DNA of 64,000 bases. Origin: Raja brachyura. Its lineage: Eukaryota. The notes below the pieces were generated by a model. That model did no database searches. It was not told where the DNA came from and saw nothing but the letters and a program-made list of their open reading frames with translations. Every line of letters begins with the position of its first letter. Position 1 is the first letter of the stretch. Both the position numbers and the translations under genes were made by a program. Where the stretch lies: assembly GCA_963514005.1 (NCBI GenBank), contig OY740809.1, positions 26,970,001 through 27,034,000 on the forward strand. The letters run 5' to 3'. This document shows positions 14,035-28,296 of this stretch, in pieces.

Positions 14035-14312
14035 GCAAGGGGTACATAAGTTTGAAAACGCATACCGCCAGATTCAGGGACAGTTTCTTCCCAGCTACTA
14101 TCAGACAACTGAACCGTCCTCTCACCAGCTAAAGAGCAACCCTGACTTCCCAGCTATCTCATTGGAGACCTTTGAATTATCTTTAATCGGACTTTATTAA
14201 ATGTTATACCCTAATACCCTAGATTAATTATATCTGGACACTGTGGACAGCTTGATTGTTATTATGTATTGTTTTTTAGCTGACTGGATAGCAAGGATTA
14301 CAATAATAAACT
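14035..14312 (+). mobile_element. Rex-like LINE 3' end
   Basis: CAGATTCAGGGACAGTTTCTTCCCAGCT encodes RFRDSFFPA; UTR shared with 4735-4975. Confidence 0.65.
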
Positions 14313-15540
14313 AAAAATTTGTGCAATACTTGGGCAATTTTTCATCTTTCGGATGAGATGAGAGCCAATCCCCGTACTTTCCAGTGAATGCCAAAGATCA
14401 CATCTGAAAACAGCACCCTGGCGAACTTTTATCTCTCAACTAACCCTAAAAAAGATTACCATGGCAGAATCACGTTGCTGCTTGTAGAAACTCCTTGCAT
14501 TCTTACAACAAAACAGGGACCACATTTCAGATGCAATTCATTGGGTGCAAGTTTGAGTCAGGGCCCAATGAAAGATATTTATACATAATGCACGATTTTC
14601 CGTTTAACTATAGATGGGACAATTTGTGTGGGCACCGCAGCTACCCATGAACATAACTTCCTGAATTTTAATGGGAACTGTAAGCAAACCAGTCTAGGTT
14701 GGGATAAGCAGGTAAATATCTTAAATCAAGACTGTCCATAAGATAAGATTTAATATCATGCATAACTTTTTTAATATATATTTCTCTCACCAGGAAGTTA
14801 TCCTACCTTTCTTCAACTTGCCTGGACATACCAAACATGAGGGCAGTTTCCTGGTCATCCATTGTTCTCACTTTGACTGGGAGAATATTGTGCTAGAAAT
14901 TTGGCTTTTACAGTACACCATTCTAACCATGTCCTAATGACAAGCACCAAATGATCTAGTATCGACTGTAAATTCTTAATTTAACCGCAAAAAAGGTTTC
15001 TGAAATAGTTGCATCAAAACTTTTATTTCTGTTTATGGTGAAAGTCTGCACAGACCCATTTATGTGCCCACCTATCAACGACTGAAATTAATTATATTTT
15101 GTTAATGGGGTAGTAAATGACAGGAGATGGTCTTGGAATTCCAAATAAACCTATTTCTGGACATGGAATGAAATGTGCTTCTGTCAGAACTGCATTCATA
15201 TCACCTGACTTTAACTTTGAAATTATTGAGCTAGAATGAGCAGACATACAACAGGGGCTTGCAGTTATTTTAATCTAAGACCACTCAAGTCCCTTCCCCC
15301 ACTCTAAATAAGGGAGCTGCAAGCAGTGGTATTATTCAAATAAACATTCTAAACTAACAAGTGTTGCTGTGCAGCATTTGCTTACAGGGTGACCAATGTT
15401 GAAAACAACTTTGGCAAAATCAAACGGCCAAGATGGATACACTTAAGCAAAAAGGGTGAAATATAGAACAAAAGTTTAAAATTACCAGTGAAGTTTGCAA
15501 CCAGGCTCCCAGCTGAAGTTAAAAGCCATTTCAAACTCAC

Positions 15541-15750
15541 CTGCGTAAGCCCCCCAATATCTTTGACTGACATATAGAGTCGATAAAGGTCCAGCGGTTT
15601 CCTGCCAACTGCAGGGAGATTCATCATCATCGTGCCCTTCTCTTCCATAAAGGCAAAGTACCTATCAATCCACATCTTTCGCTCCGGCTCCCCACCCAAC
15701 TCGTACAGTTTTGCAATTTTCTCATTAGTGGTCGTGGAAGAGCTTGTTTT
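15541..15750 (-). CDS. ARID1A: ARID1A exon 11 (210 nt), N-terminal half of ARID/BRIGHT domain
   Basis: [31 protein letters not shown]...[17 protein letters not shown]; tttacag|AAA and CAG|gtgagt. Confidence 0.97.
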
Positions 15751-16747
15751 CTGTAAAGAGACAGATTCATCCGTAACTAACATTACAACAAAGCTAAAAA
15801 AAAAAAAACAGAAAATGGGTAGCTTGAAGTTCGCAGACAGTCCATACAGATCTTTCACCAAATCAGGGAGAAACAACTGCACTGCATGAAAACAATCAGC
15901 AAACCAACTCTGGTGAAAGTGAAATCTCGTGCAGAATTAAATTATGAGAGGTTTTAATAAAGTTCATAAACATCTTTTCCTCATTGTTCAACATACTAGG
16001 TAAATACATGAACTACAGCTACAAGACGAGTAAAACAGAAATACGACAGCTACAAAATAATTTGTGTAAATGAAAGGCCCACATATAGCCATAGGAATCT
16101 GAAAGGCAATCCGAGGTCAATGATATCATAAATATCGCAGTACATATCATTTCATTTGTGTTTCTATTTCTAAAAACCTACCAGCCCATTCTTGCTATTG
16201 TGCACATATATTAATGCTCTTCACTCCCCATTGATCAGATGATGCTATCTTTAGAAAGGGCGATTCAGGTTGAGAGTATGGTGGCGATGTCTGGTGCTCG
16301 TTGAACAGCTCAACATTAGTGGGAACTCCTACTCGATACAGCTAGATAAAATATACCACTATAATGGCTGATGTTTGAATTGAGTCCAAGTGTTAGGAAG
16401 GAGCCAAGCAAATTTTACTCTCCTTCAGAATGCTGTACTTGATCTAGTGCCAATTGATACTGGCATCGGATGTCCTTAGTATAAAATTCTAAATCCTAAT
16501 CAATAGGTATCCTTTATTTTGTAAGCTCAAATTATCTGGAATACATTAAACACAAGGTTATTGTGGCTCAGGGTCAGTCAAGTGGATTGAAGTCCCAGAC
16601 AAACGACAGCTGTTTTCAGTGTTAAACACTGAATCATTATCATCTGGTTCCCCATAACAGCAAGCACTGCATCCACCCCACAGTTTAATATTAACACCCT
16701 AGTGTATTATTATAAATGTAAGGGAACTAATACACGAGTGTTCCTAC

Positions 16748-16857
16748 CTTCGACTTAGTATCAGACTTTGCCGTTCCATCTGCTTTATTGTTTGCTTTCT
16801 GTGTTGGTGGTAATTTTCCTTCCCCAAGTGCCATCATCTCAGGACTGGGAGCCATAC
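16748..16857 (-). CDS. ARID1A: ARID1A exon 10 (110 nt): [37 protein letters not shown]
   Basis: Acceptor cacacag|GT, donor AAG|gtagga; similar to human SPEMMGLG...NNKADGT...KSK. Absent from the ORF track. Confidence 0.93.
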
Positions 16858-18977
16858 CTGTGTGAAGATGTTAAATACTGAAGTAGTACAAGGTTAATTA
16901 TTCACCAGACTTAATTGAGTCTACGGCTTTCACCCTTCTACCAACTAAGTTTAAAATATTTTTATCAAGGTTTCTGTCACGGTCTTCGTAGTCCATGAGT
17001 TATGAATTATGAATACAAAATATAAACTAGACCGCAAGGTCATTTTTTGCCTTTTTGCATTTAGTGATTAGAAACAATGCAATAACTGAAGGAAGTGTTT
17101 GTGGCAACTGTATGGTCAAACACCAAGCTGAATGTTAAGAATTTAATCCATATTAAAGAAATGCCCTTTTTATAACAACATGTTAAATTAAGGCCTTCTA
17201 AAACTATCCCATGTCTGAAAGAATGAATAGGAAATTGTCCAATGATAAAACATGAAAAACAGATGAATTGACTGTTCATCCAACTTCTGTAAGTGGCATT
17301 TGGCTGGAGACAAAGCGGCATAACTTCTGATTAATTCATTTATCTGTAACCACTTTTGGTTACCCTCGGTATATAAATTGGAGTGGTAAAAGTGTCAATA
17401 TTTTCATCGAAATAATAGGAAGAATATTTACACGATTTTATAACTTACCAAAAATTCATTTAAAAACACATTCATCGTGCTTACTGTAACATCAATCACA
17501 GTACGCATCAAAGTCGGAATTTAAGTTCTGTTACATTTAAACAGCCACTGTTAGTCCCTAACAATGAGCTGCACTCATCTTTTCAGTCAGGATGCAATCC
17601 TGTCTCATATCTCAACCTCACTGCTCAAATCGATGGGTGCAATCCCAGTTCTCACAAGCTACCATACCCAGCCATGGGGGAATTGTGGGTTCCTGACAAA
17701 GCAGTGCCTAACTACAGGAAGAGAAGAGGTTCACAACAGTTTCAAAGCACTGTGGTTCGCTGTAGAGCTGTGCACTCCAGCAGAAAAGGCGGGATTTACA
17801 CCAAATCCATGGAATAACAGCACCACTTGTCACAGCTTCCTGTAAATAATGTAATAATTACCTCTTTTAGTACCAATTCCAGTTCCACTCGTTTTTGGGA
17901 ATGCACACTGCGTGCTAATAGCATTTCCTAACACTTTCTGGTTACGCCTTTTAATTGACTCCCATGATGTCCACTTCTTCCCTTTTTTAAATTTTAGTCT
18001 ATTTTTCTGTTTTGTATGTTAGGACGGTTTATGTTTTTCTACATCTCTCCCCAATTATTATCACCTTTTATTTGGTACATCCTATTGAACATGGCACACA
18101 ATCTCATGCTGGGCTACGCCATTGTTGAAGATAGGGATGTTTTTGGAGTTTATTTGACCATCACGTTGCGCATCTAGATGCGACAGCACTGCAGTGCTCC
18201 GATGTGAGATTGCTGAATATTCTGTGGAATATTGATTTCGCTTTTTGGCATGTATGTCATCGTGTGTTGCAGTTTCACCACACAGGCACCTCCTTCTTAT
18301 GCCTGGTGTTGCATCAGGAACGTCTTCTGTGTTTCAAAAGTGTTCCCCATTGAATCAGGATTGATCCACTGGTTTGATCAAACAGTAAGGATTACTGATT
18401 CTAGCATACATTTATGCTGTCAGTGACGATCCACATTGTCTCATGGATTCCCAGGTATGCATTGCCAGATTTATTCCATGTCAATTCAAGACGACAACCA
18501 CAAATCTACAATTGGCAATACTAGCCTCATCAATAATCAATGCAAAGTCAACATAATTAGTTTTTGCATTTTGTTTTATCCGAAGCCAATGAAAATGCAT
18601 ATGATTTGCAACTTTGTCTGAAACAAGTACGTTTGAAATAGTGTCATATTACAAGAATCATGGAAATGATATGCACACAATATAACATCTTTAGATAACA
18701 ATATAATAAGACTAAACAATCTATTTGTAATTTGCTGATGGACGAATATATATTAAGACAGGATCCTGAACAGCGTGTTCAACTGAATGACACTTTTACA
18801 GTTGGCCAAGAGACCAGCCACAGTCTCCGTTGAAAGTGCCAACTGAAGCGTGCGTACAAAATGTGAACAAGCTTCTCTTGAGAAATTTTCTGGCATCTAC
18901 CTAGCAAGATAAGAAACATTACCATGTTGCCACTATGCTGAAGACATATATTGGAGTTATAACGTCCGTGCCATTAC

Positions 18978-19123
18978 CTGCAGAACTATTTGCCATGTTT
19001 CCAGCCATGGAATATGGAGAACCCTGTGGATTCATCATCCCTGCCATGCTGTTCATGCCTTGATTGTAAGGTGAGGCAGAACCCATCATACCCCCTTGAT
19101 TCATAGTTGGATAAGTAGATTGC
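18978..19123 (-). CDS. ARID1A: ARID1A exon 9 (146 nt): [14 protein letters not shown]...[10 protein letters not shown]
   Basis: Acceptor attcag|GC, donor CAG|gtaatg. Confidence 0.94.
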
Positions 19124-19556
19124 CTGAATGAGAAGAGGGGAAATTATAGAGTCATGCGACACCTCTGGCTGATACATAAAAGTGGCATATTACAGTTTAA
19201 ATATTGTTACAAAGAACACAAATTATGACTTGTGGAATGACTGATTAAGAAACGTTTATCTGTTTGTAGTGATGCGTGAAGGCACAATTCCAATACGGAA
19301 GCAATTGGGTGCCATTCCAGGCCTGAGAAATCACTGGTGGATATAGCAAAGGTCAAGTGTTCAAAGACACTGCACCTCGCCAATGTCCTGCAATAATTCA
19401 AACACTTAAAGCTGATGGTACAACTAGGACACGGCTCTTAACCAAAAGAAAAGTTTAGTATCAGATCATAACCGCACAAGGTTTCAGCATCTTTAGCTAA
19501 TTTTCCCCATTCAATCAGATTGTAACTGATTTGTTTCTTAATGCCTTTTTACCATT

Positions 19557-19890
19557 GGGTGGCACAACACTGAAGCTGGAGGAGCCACTCTCCCCATCAG
19601 CGCCAGAGACTGGAATTCAACCCTGACCTCAAGAGCAGTCTGTGTGAAGTTAACATGTTCTTCGTGTGATTGCATTGGTTTGCTTCCAATTGCTCCAGAT
19701 TCCTCCAGCATTGCTAAAGCATACAGGTTGGTAGTTATTTGGCCACTGAAAATTGTCCATAGTATGTAGAGTTGTGGTAGAATCTGAGGGGAATTGATGA
19801 GAATGTGGGCACAAAAAAGGGATTAGTGCAATATTAATGTAAATGGGTTATCAGATAGCATAGAAAGGCCCATTTCCATGCTGGATCTCT
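19557..19890 (+). mobile_element. HE1-like V-SINE, degenerate
   Basis: GGTGGCACA...CAGCGCCAGAGAC...AATTCAACCCTGACC head with a V-domain-like body. Confidence 0.7.
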
Positions 19891-20302
19891 GACTAATGGT
19901 ATAATTTAAATGAACTAATGAACAAAACTTAATCTACCAATTTAGATGTTTTTTCCCCACCGATACTAATTGTAGAGGTGGTGACCTTGACCTTGTAGAA
20001 TTCTCCTATTCATGGGAAGTGCTGTAAAACTCAGTCCAATAGTTCCAGCTCAACTCGCCCCATTTATTTATTTATTTTTAAGGGCATGCCTCCTTGTTCT
20101 GGAATACTCTACTCAATTAGTTTAGTGAGCTGCTATTGATATGCGTGATGCGTTTGCGATAATCACCCAAGCAGTGAAAAACAAAAGATATCATTAACAA
20201 ATTAAACTTATTGATCGGTTGAGATTTACTTCATGAACTTAATTAGCATATTCTAAGCTATAATATTTTGAACATTTTATTTTCTAGCTGTCTGTTTAAT
20301 TA

Positions 20303-20670
20303 GTAAGTCAATTTTATTTATACAACACGTTTAAATCAACGTGCGTTGAAACCAAAGTGCTTTACATAAAATAAATAATAAAATAAATAATGAAGTTTCC
20401 GTACATCCATAGAAAAAAATTAAAAAAAAAGAAAAATGACACAACACGTTATAGAATTCAACGTGAACGTCCCCCCACAACAGAATCAAAAATTTCCACT
20501 GTGGGGAAAGGCATCAAAAAGTTAAGTCCTCTTCCTCTGTGAAACACCCGTGGTCGAGGCCTATTTGTGGCCTGCGCAGCAAGTCCGATGTTTTCAGGCC
20601 CTCTTTGCCGGAAAGCTGGAACTCCGGCGTCGGGTGAACACTCCTCAGCGGCTTGGAAAATGTCTGGAGC
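20303..20670 (-). mobile_element. Retroposon fragment with L2-like 3' tail
   Basis: Minus strand ends TGTAAAGCACTTTGG...GTGTTGTATAAATAAAATTGACTTA; CpG-rich body contrasts with the flanks. Confidence 0.55.
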
Positions 20671-21728
20671 GTTATATAAATGTTAATATATTTGAGTCCT
20701 GTTAAGATGCTGTTCATCTTTATCCCATCTCTCCCTCTACATTGTGTAGTTTTCAGAGAGTAGTCACTAGTTCCATGCAATAATGAATTTTTGAGTACCT
20801 GATATAATTGAAAGTCTCTGATTCAGAGGTTCTGGGAGAAACCTTGTTATACAGAACTAAACATTTGTAAAATCACCACTAACATTATTTATCGATTTTA
20901 TAGCAATTGTTCAAGTTCGCGTTTATTGTCACTTAACCAATATAGGTACAGTGAAATTTATGTTCACAATAACAAAATGTTAAAACCAAGAAAAATCATG
21001 AACGTTGGAAATTGTCACACAGATGTCTGGAACAACTATATAAACGCAGTGTTTTTATCTGTAGTGAAAGATAACATCAATGGCTGTTTTCCCCTTCTAC
21101 CTTACCATTTCTTCGGTACCAAGGAACAGCAATATTTGGCTGGAAAACTAGTAGGTTGTATTGCTGCTTGATACACCCACAATCTCAGTGATTGGATGCT
21201 CAGCCCGCTTTAAGTTGTTTACTGGTTAGATTTAATTTCTGTGAAATCACACTAATCAATTCCCAGTTCAACTTCAGTCCCAAACCTCCTCATTACCTTC
21301 GCTGCAGAAATGGAGACTAATTAGACTTCATAGGAAAAGACAGGGAGCAAACAGGCCCTGAATTCACAACCGTAATACCTTCCACTCCAATGCAACAGGC
21401 AGGTCTACCTGGATATCAATTTCTGAGATACACATTTACATGCACACCATAAAAAATCCAAATTCACGAATCTCCACTGCAGCCTCATGTCACCACCCCA
21501 ACAAATTAAGCCCAATTGTTAACTTTAACCAATTAAGGTTCCATTAGTCTGCTCTCAGGCATGTTTGAAATGAACCCAGATACAACAGCACATTTCATTA
21601 TAACATGTTAATAAAAATAAAAATGCTATATCTAAAATTCAACCTTTCCAAAATATTTATTCCCTTGAACTTCTCATTTATGTTGCTTAATTTTATTCTT
21701 CCAGCCATTTGGTCAATGATGCACTTAC

Positions 21729-22044
21729 CGATTCTGTACCGAATTTGCTGCTGCATGCATTGCAGCAACTGCTGTGTCCTGAGCCTTGCGGTTCATAGTT
21801 GGTGGCGGGCACATCCCTGAGGTCATTTGTGCTGATAGATTTGCTGTGTTCTGGGTCATGTTGCCTCCATATGGACGATTACCCATTGCTACAGGGCCTA
21901 TTCTCCCAGGCGGCATTCCAGCATAAGGTGGTGCTGGACCCTGACCATGCATTTGGTTGCCAGCAGACATGGCATTCATGGTGCCTCCTAAGTTGTAGTT
22001 TGCACTGGACATTGTGTTATAGTTGGGTTGTCTGGGATAGCCTC
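21729..22044 (-). CDS. ARID1A: ARID1A exon 8 (316 nt): [10 protein letters not shown]...[13 protein letters not shown]
   Basis: Acceptor aaacag|GA, donor TCG|gtaagt. Confidence 0.94.
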
Positions 22045-22911
22045 CTGTTTAAATGAATGGCAGAACAAAATAAAATAAGTGCCCCTGTTCATCAGAAATA
22101 ATAGAATATGTTGGAATTAATTAGGCATGAGCTATAGAGAGAGAAATTGTTTTAGCTCAATGAGCTTATATCTGTGCTTTGCTTTTACCAATAAAACTGG
22201 AGCCAAGTCATCCAGCACATTTAATACAATCACAGATGATTCTCTAATTTAAGTTCACTTTTCTGCCTGATCCCATACTGCTTAATTAAAAATTGCTTTA
22301 AAAAAATGATCACACACACCATCTGAACAGACTTGAACATGCGATGTTCTGGTTTAAAGCATACACTCTGCGATCTGAATTATCCAGATTCAATTCATCC
22401 CTTCAATACTGATTTAAAGACAAAATGTGATTCAACTGTTTGGTATTAGAGCAACAGAAACTCATGATAACTGAATTAGTCGTAGTCAATTAAATGACTA
22501 CTTTTTGGCACCTGAGCTGCAAATAACTATTTGTCATCTTGTAAATTCGAACAAATTCTTCCACACTATATCTCTAAAGTCTAAAGCATCTCCAGAGAAA
22601 CTGCCGGTAGTTAAGTTACCTCAGCATTTTATGTCTGGAAAACTGTTGTCATTTCATCCCATTAATTTCTCTAATACTTTTAAAATCAATTATGATTTTG
22701 TTAATTCCTTTAAAACTGTTGTTCACTACTAATTCCAGAAGGCTGCTAGTCTTTGTTTTTATAGCAAACATGCTGATATCTGAGAAAACAAGCAGCTCAT
22801 CTATTAAGCACCTTTCCATCTTGCATTCCAAAGAGAATTGCATTAATTCACAATGTTTCAACATGTTTCAACTCTACCATTCATATTTGTCACACAAAAC
22901 ATGAAGCTCAC

Positions 22912-23079
22912 CTTGAGGTGCGTACTGAGCACCTTGAGGTCCATAATTTACAGAGTTATTCTGCTGATATGGGCTCATTGCAGCATGCATCTGGCTCCCA
23001 GATGACTGACGTGGGGACAGTGCTGACCCTGTTTGTGGGGAGTTGTATTGAGGCAGTTGGGGAGGTCTCTGCAAATAGC
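22912..23079 (-). CDS. ARID1A: ARID1A exon 7 (168 nt): [25 protein letters not shown]...QYAPQ
   Basis: Acceptor taacag|GC, donor AAG|gtgagc. Confidence 0.94.
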
Positions 23080-23404
23080 CTGTTAAGAAGTGAAAAGGAA
23101 GAATTATACCAAAACAGAATATAGGTGAATGCAGAGTCACATCTCACTGTGAAAGCTATGAGGAGCACCTTACCAACATTCCTAATTATTGTCAAGGCAG
23201 TGGTGTTAATATTTTGAACCACTGAGGTCCACACAGCTAATGGGATGGCCACTACCTACTTTGTAGGTAGTTCCAGTGATTGGATCCATTGATAATAAAG
23301 AAATGGTCATACATTTCTAAGTCGCGGTGATTTACAACTTAGGGGGAGGAGCTGCAGGCAACTACAATCCAATATTGCTCCGGCTTTTTTTAGGTGGTTT
23401 TTGG

Positions 23405-23718
23405 TTTTTAGTTTTAGAGATGGAGTGTGGAACAGACAGGTCTACCTGGTCCTTTGGCCCACCAAGTCCATGCCAACCAGCAATCCCTGTACATTAGTTC
23501 TATCCTACAAACTGGGCACAATTTACAGAAGCCTATTATCCTACAAACCTGCACGTCTTTGGAATGTGGGAGGAAATCTGAGCACCTGGAGAAAAATCTA
23601 CGCGGTCATAGGGAGAACGCACAAATCAGTATAGACAAGCATCCGTAGTCAGAATTGAAGCCAGGTCCCTGGCACTGTAAGGCAGAAACTCTACTGCTGC
23701 TCCACTGTGCCACCCTAA
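23405..23718 (-). mobile_element. HE1-like V-SINE
   Basis: tRNA-derived head GGGTGGCACAGTGGAGCAGCAGTAGAG...CCTGGCTTCAATTC, V-domain and CR1-like tail. Confidence 0.85.
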
Positions 23719-23829
23719 AGTGCTCCATTCTAGATAGCATCCTGTGAATTTCTTCTTCGTTCTTTCTAATGGAACACGTTATGGAATGGAATACTTTATT
23801 GTCACATGTGAAATTTGTTGCTTGCATGT

Positions 23830-24000
23830 AATGCTACCACTGCTGTTCTGCAGTGTGACAACCAGAAATGTACACAATACTCCAAGTGTAGCCCGACCAA
23901 AGCTTTGCCCAGCTGCAAAATATCCCAACTTTTGTCCCCAATGCCTCGGCCTATGAAGGCAATCATACCAAATGCCTTCTTCACTACCTCATCTACCTAT
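23830..24000 (-). mobile_element. CR1 LINE fragment
   Basis: KKAFGMIAFIGRGI..KSWDILQLGKALVGLHLEYCVHFW. Confidence 0.8.
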
Positions 24001-24600
24001 GGCTGTTAAAAAAAAATCCAGATAATATGTGATGGGTTTGAACATTTCCTGTCTGTTAGCCCATATTTATAGATTATTAGTTTGACAATTAACATGCCAT
24101 GCACCCATTCACACCCCACAAAGTTCTGAGTTTATTCAGAATGTGAACGAGTCTCATATCAGAAAGATTGCTGGTTCACTGCCTGGTCAATAGTTAGTTA
24201 ACTGATCTCACTAGTTTTGGCATGGACTTTTGCACTTTTGAAAGGAATAATAAATAGTTGAGAATGCAGGGAAGAAGTCAGTGGAATTAAGTTTTAGGAT
24301 TACACCAAAGAACTGCCAAAGACACAATAAGACGAATAGACTCCCGTATAGCTAGCATTGAGGCAACAATGATTGAAATTCTTACAACGAACAGGTACCA
24401 GAGAGCGACTGGTAGCTAAAACTGTACCATCCCACACAAGTAAAAAAAAGAATTTGCCAGAAAAAGAAAATCCGTTCAGCCCTGACATTTGTTTGTACAC
24501 AATTTTCTTGCAGCATCCAAGATGATACATGTGGCACGCTCTACCAATTGTATTTATTATTGATTCTCATTCTCAGTGAATGGATTGACTCTGAACTTAC

Positions 24601-25076
<476 letters not shown>

Positions 25077-28000
25077 CTAAAAACCCATGGGCACAATCAG
25101 TTCACCTGCATTCGTATCAGATTTTTCTCAAATAATAATTATAATCTTCGAATATAACTGTGGCAATAATTGTTAGAAGAAGTTAGACTGTGCATAATAG
25201 GATTTGTTAACCAAAATGTAAACTAGTTTTCTTTAATGTTTGCAAGCAATAATCTGAATTTAACATCTTTACTGCAACTCCTTTGTTCCATGTTTTTTCC
25301 CCGGAACTCGTTTCTAATCAGCGACCTAAGTGGCAAAAAAAATCTGCTGATCCCCAATATCCGCGGCTTGTCCCACTGCCAAAATCCTCGAAGCTGAAAG
25401 CATTGTTCCACATTCACAGACTGAAAACCTTACAGCAATGACAGCCTTACCGAAACCGCGCACCAAAAAACAGGCACCAAATTGTGCGAATTGTAATGAC
25501 TGAGATCACAAAATATTTATTTCATTCCAAAATAAATCAGTGCATTTGCTTTGGGGGAGATGCTGATGCTCTGCAAATATCCAAAACGTTTTCAGTTAGC
25601 ATTCAAACAGGGCATGCCAAAATCTACAAACGTTTTTTTTTGAGAGTGGAGATGTGAAGGGGATAGCTGAGAAAGTAGTGGGAATTCAGCTAGGAAGGGG
25701 TTAGCTTTAGGAATGGTATGTTTAAAACATCACTGCTCAGCAGGGTAGATGTTCAGCATCCCTCAAACTTTGAGGAAGTAATGTTTTTTGCAAAACCTTC
25801 AAACCCCACCTCTGGGGAAATTTTGAAGTTAAGCTTTCACTTAAATATACGTGGTGAAAGTTGGGGTGGGGTTGACAGGAGGACGAGTAGTTATGAATAA
25901 TCCTGCCACGTTTTAAGTATAGCCCTGACTGGCACAGCTTGTCGGTCTGGGATTACCATCCTCTCAGGCATAATGACATCATCACATCACATTTAAATTA
26001 CTGGAACTACTTTTTTCTTGGTCTTTGAAAATGTCTTCAAAGCATTTGACAACAATTGAATAATTAGCAGGACAGGACAAGGGCCAGAGTTAAACCTCCT
26101 GTGTACAGAAGTCATACTGCAATTACCATTTGTCAAAAGACCTTGCATCGTTGTAACCAAACTTAATTGTCTTTTACAATTTCATTTTTATTTGAGAATG
26201 TGAAAGCCCTAATATTTCACAGCATTTCATTAAATATAATTTGGACTGTACACTTAACAAAGATTTCTTACTGCACCACAAACTCATCTCACTTGTACTC
26301 TCCCCAAAGGTCAATTAATCCACCTCTTAACCAGCTCACTATTCAGCTTCAAATCATAAACTCAGAGGAAGTTTTCTACACTAAATCTATCACATCATCT
26401 TCAAATCATTATATATAAATGTTGTTTCAGATGAAGCCATAACTGAGGAACAATACCAGGCAAGCCTTCAACTGGCAAACTGCATCTCAGCAGCAGTTTA
26501 AATCGGCTATAATAATGATGCAAGGAAGCTGCATCATTTTCACCACAGGGCACAAACTCACTTCTAGTCACATGAATACTCCCCACCCACAGACCCTATC
26601 AAACAAGCAAAGACAACAATCACAAACAATCAAATATTAGGCTTCTGGAATTAACTTAGCCTGTTTTACACTAGACTGTCTGTTTTTTTAACTATCTTAC
26701 AAAATGGTGGTTAAAGAGAAAATGGCAGCCGCAAAACCTTGTCCTGTACGGAATGCTTAAACAATCTAGCTTATTCTTGAGGCAAAAGCTAACCGATTGA
26801 ACCAATACATAGGTTATGATGTATTATAAGTTAAAATTTAAACAGTTTGTTCTTAAATCAGCTGCATGGCACAGATAAATACACACACACACACAAGCAA
26901 GCTCATAAGCATTCCAGGTTTAATACTGCAATGTCATCCTACAAACACTACTGCCCTGTAGTGTTATATAAAGCTGCTTTCATTGTAAGCAACAAATTTA
27001 ATATTTGAGTTTTCATTAAATACAAATGTTGATTTCACTCATCTAGCATTTGTAATGTTAATGGTACCACGTCGAAATTGAGGAGACAGAAAGCACCCAG
27101 GATATTTATGCTGACACCAGCAGGAAATTGCAGCCAGGGAATCCACTATTGACAAGATTTCACACATTCCATGAAGCACGATGTTATACAACTCCACAAA
27201 AAAAAAGCCAAAGTAAACAACTCCCAGTCGTGGCCAATTGAAATTGCTATCGCATCCCGACCCCACATTGATGACCTGCAGTGTGTGCGAGATTCAGTCT
27301 CTCGCTAACATGATTGCTCTCCCATCTTAAAAATGCTTATTGCTCTGCCAACATTTACATTTGTAAACAATAACAATGTGAGTGAATTGGTTTGTCTCAC
27401 ACGCTTTCCATGTGCTTTCGATTTATTGCCCATCTGCCATTACCATCAAAATACTGGAAGCTATCCAAGTATTTCACACTGAATCTCACACTCCTGGCTG
27501 GCTCCCTAACAAAAGCCTTGAGCTTTCTTTTGAAATCCTGCCCAGTTTTATTTCAGGCTCTGACCTGATGAATGAGAGTTGAATACTCCAAGGAGTTTAT
27601 TTATTCATTCATTTTTTTAAGGATGCTATTGCCGATGGCGAGGCCAGCATTTATTGCCCATCAGATGGCTCTTCGTGCTAGTAGAAATTGTGGGTTTCAA
27701 AAGTGCTGTCAGAGCAGCTTTGGCAAGTAATCGCAAGAGACGTTGTTGATAGTGCACACTGTAGCCACAGTATGACAGTCATGGAGGGAAATGAATGTCA
27801 AGGATAGTGGATGTATTGCCAATCAAACAGGACGATTTGTCCTGCACAGATTCAAGTTTCACAACTGTTGATAGAGCTGCATTTAATCTGGGCTAGTATG
27901 GAATATAACATCAAATTCCCATTGTGTGCCTTATAGATAGTGGAAAGGCTTTGGATTGTGAGGCATGTCACTTAGCCCAGGATACCTAGCTTTGCACATG

Positions 28001-28296
28001 CAGTGAATGTGTTAAGGTGGTGCCACTATGCACTCACTGCCGCCACCTATACATTTAACCACTCTTGCCACGGTCCCACTTTAGACAATGCTCCTCTCTG
28101 CCCAAACAACTTTGCCACACAAATCAGAACACTTTCTACACCATCCCTCAAAATAATTCCACTTAAAATAAAAATATTCTCTTCACCTGGATTAATCAAG
28201 CAATAACATCCCGACAGACTCAAGTCTTAGACCACTCAAACCCCAAGAGTAGATGTGTAGGAAGCGCAGGCCCGGCGATCGTTTCTTCTGAACACC

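Noticed and set aside
15751-15882. N-terminal extension of ORF 15382..15882 as coding sequence
   Set aside because: It is the intronic polypyrimidine/acceptor region; the exon starts at 15750.
23640-23718. tRNA gene
   Set aside because: A/B-box-like sequence is the SINE head and gives no full cloverleaf.
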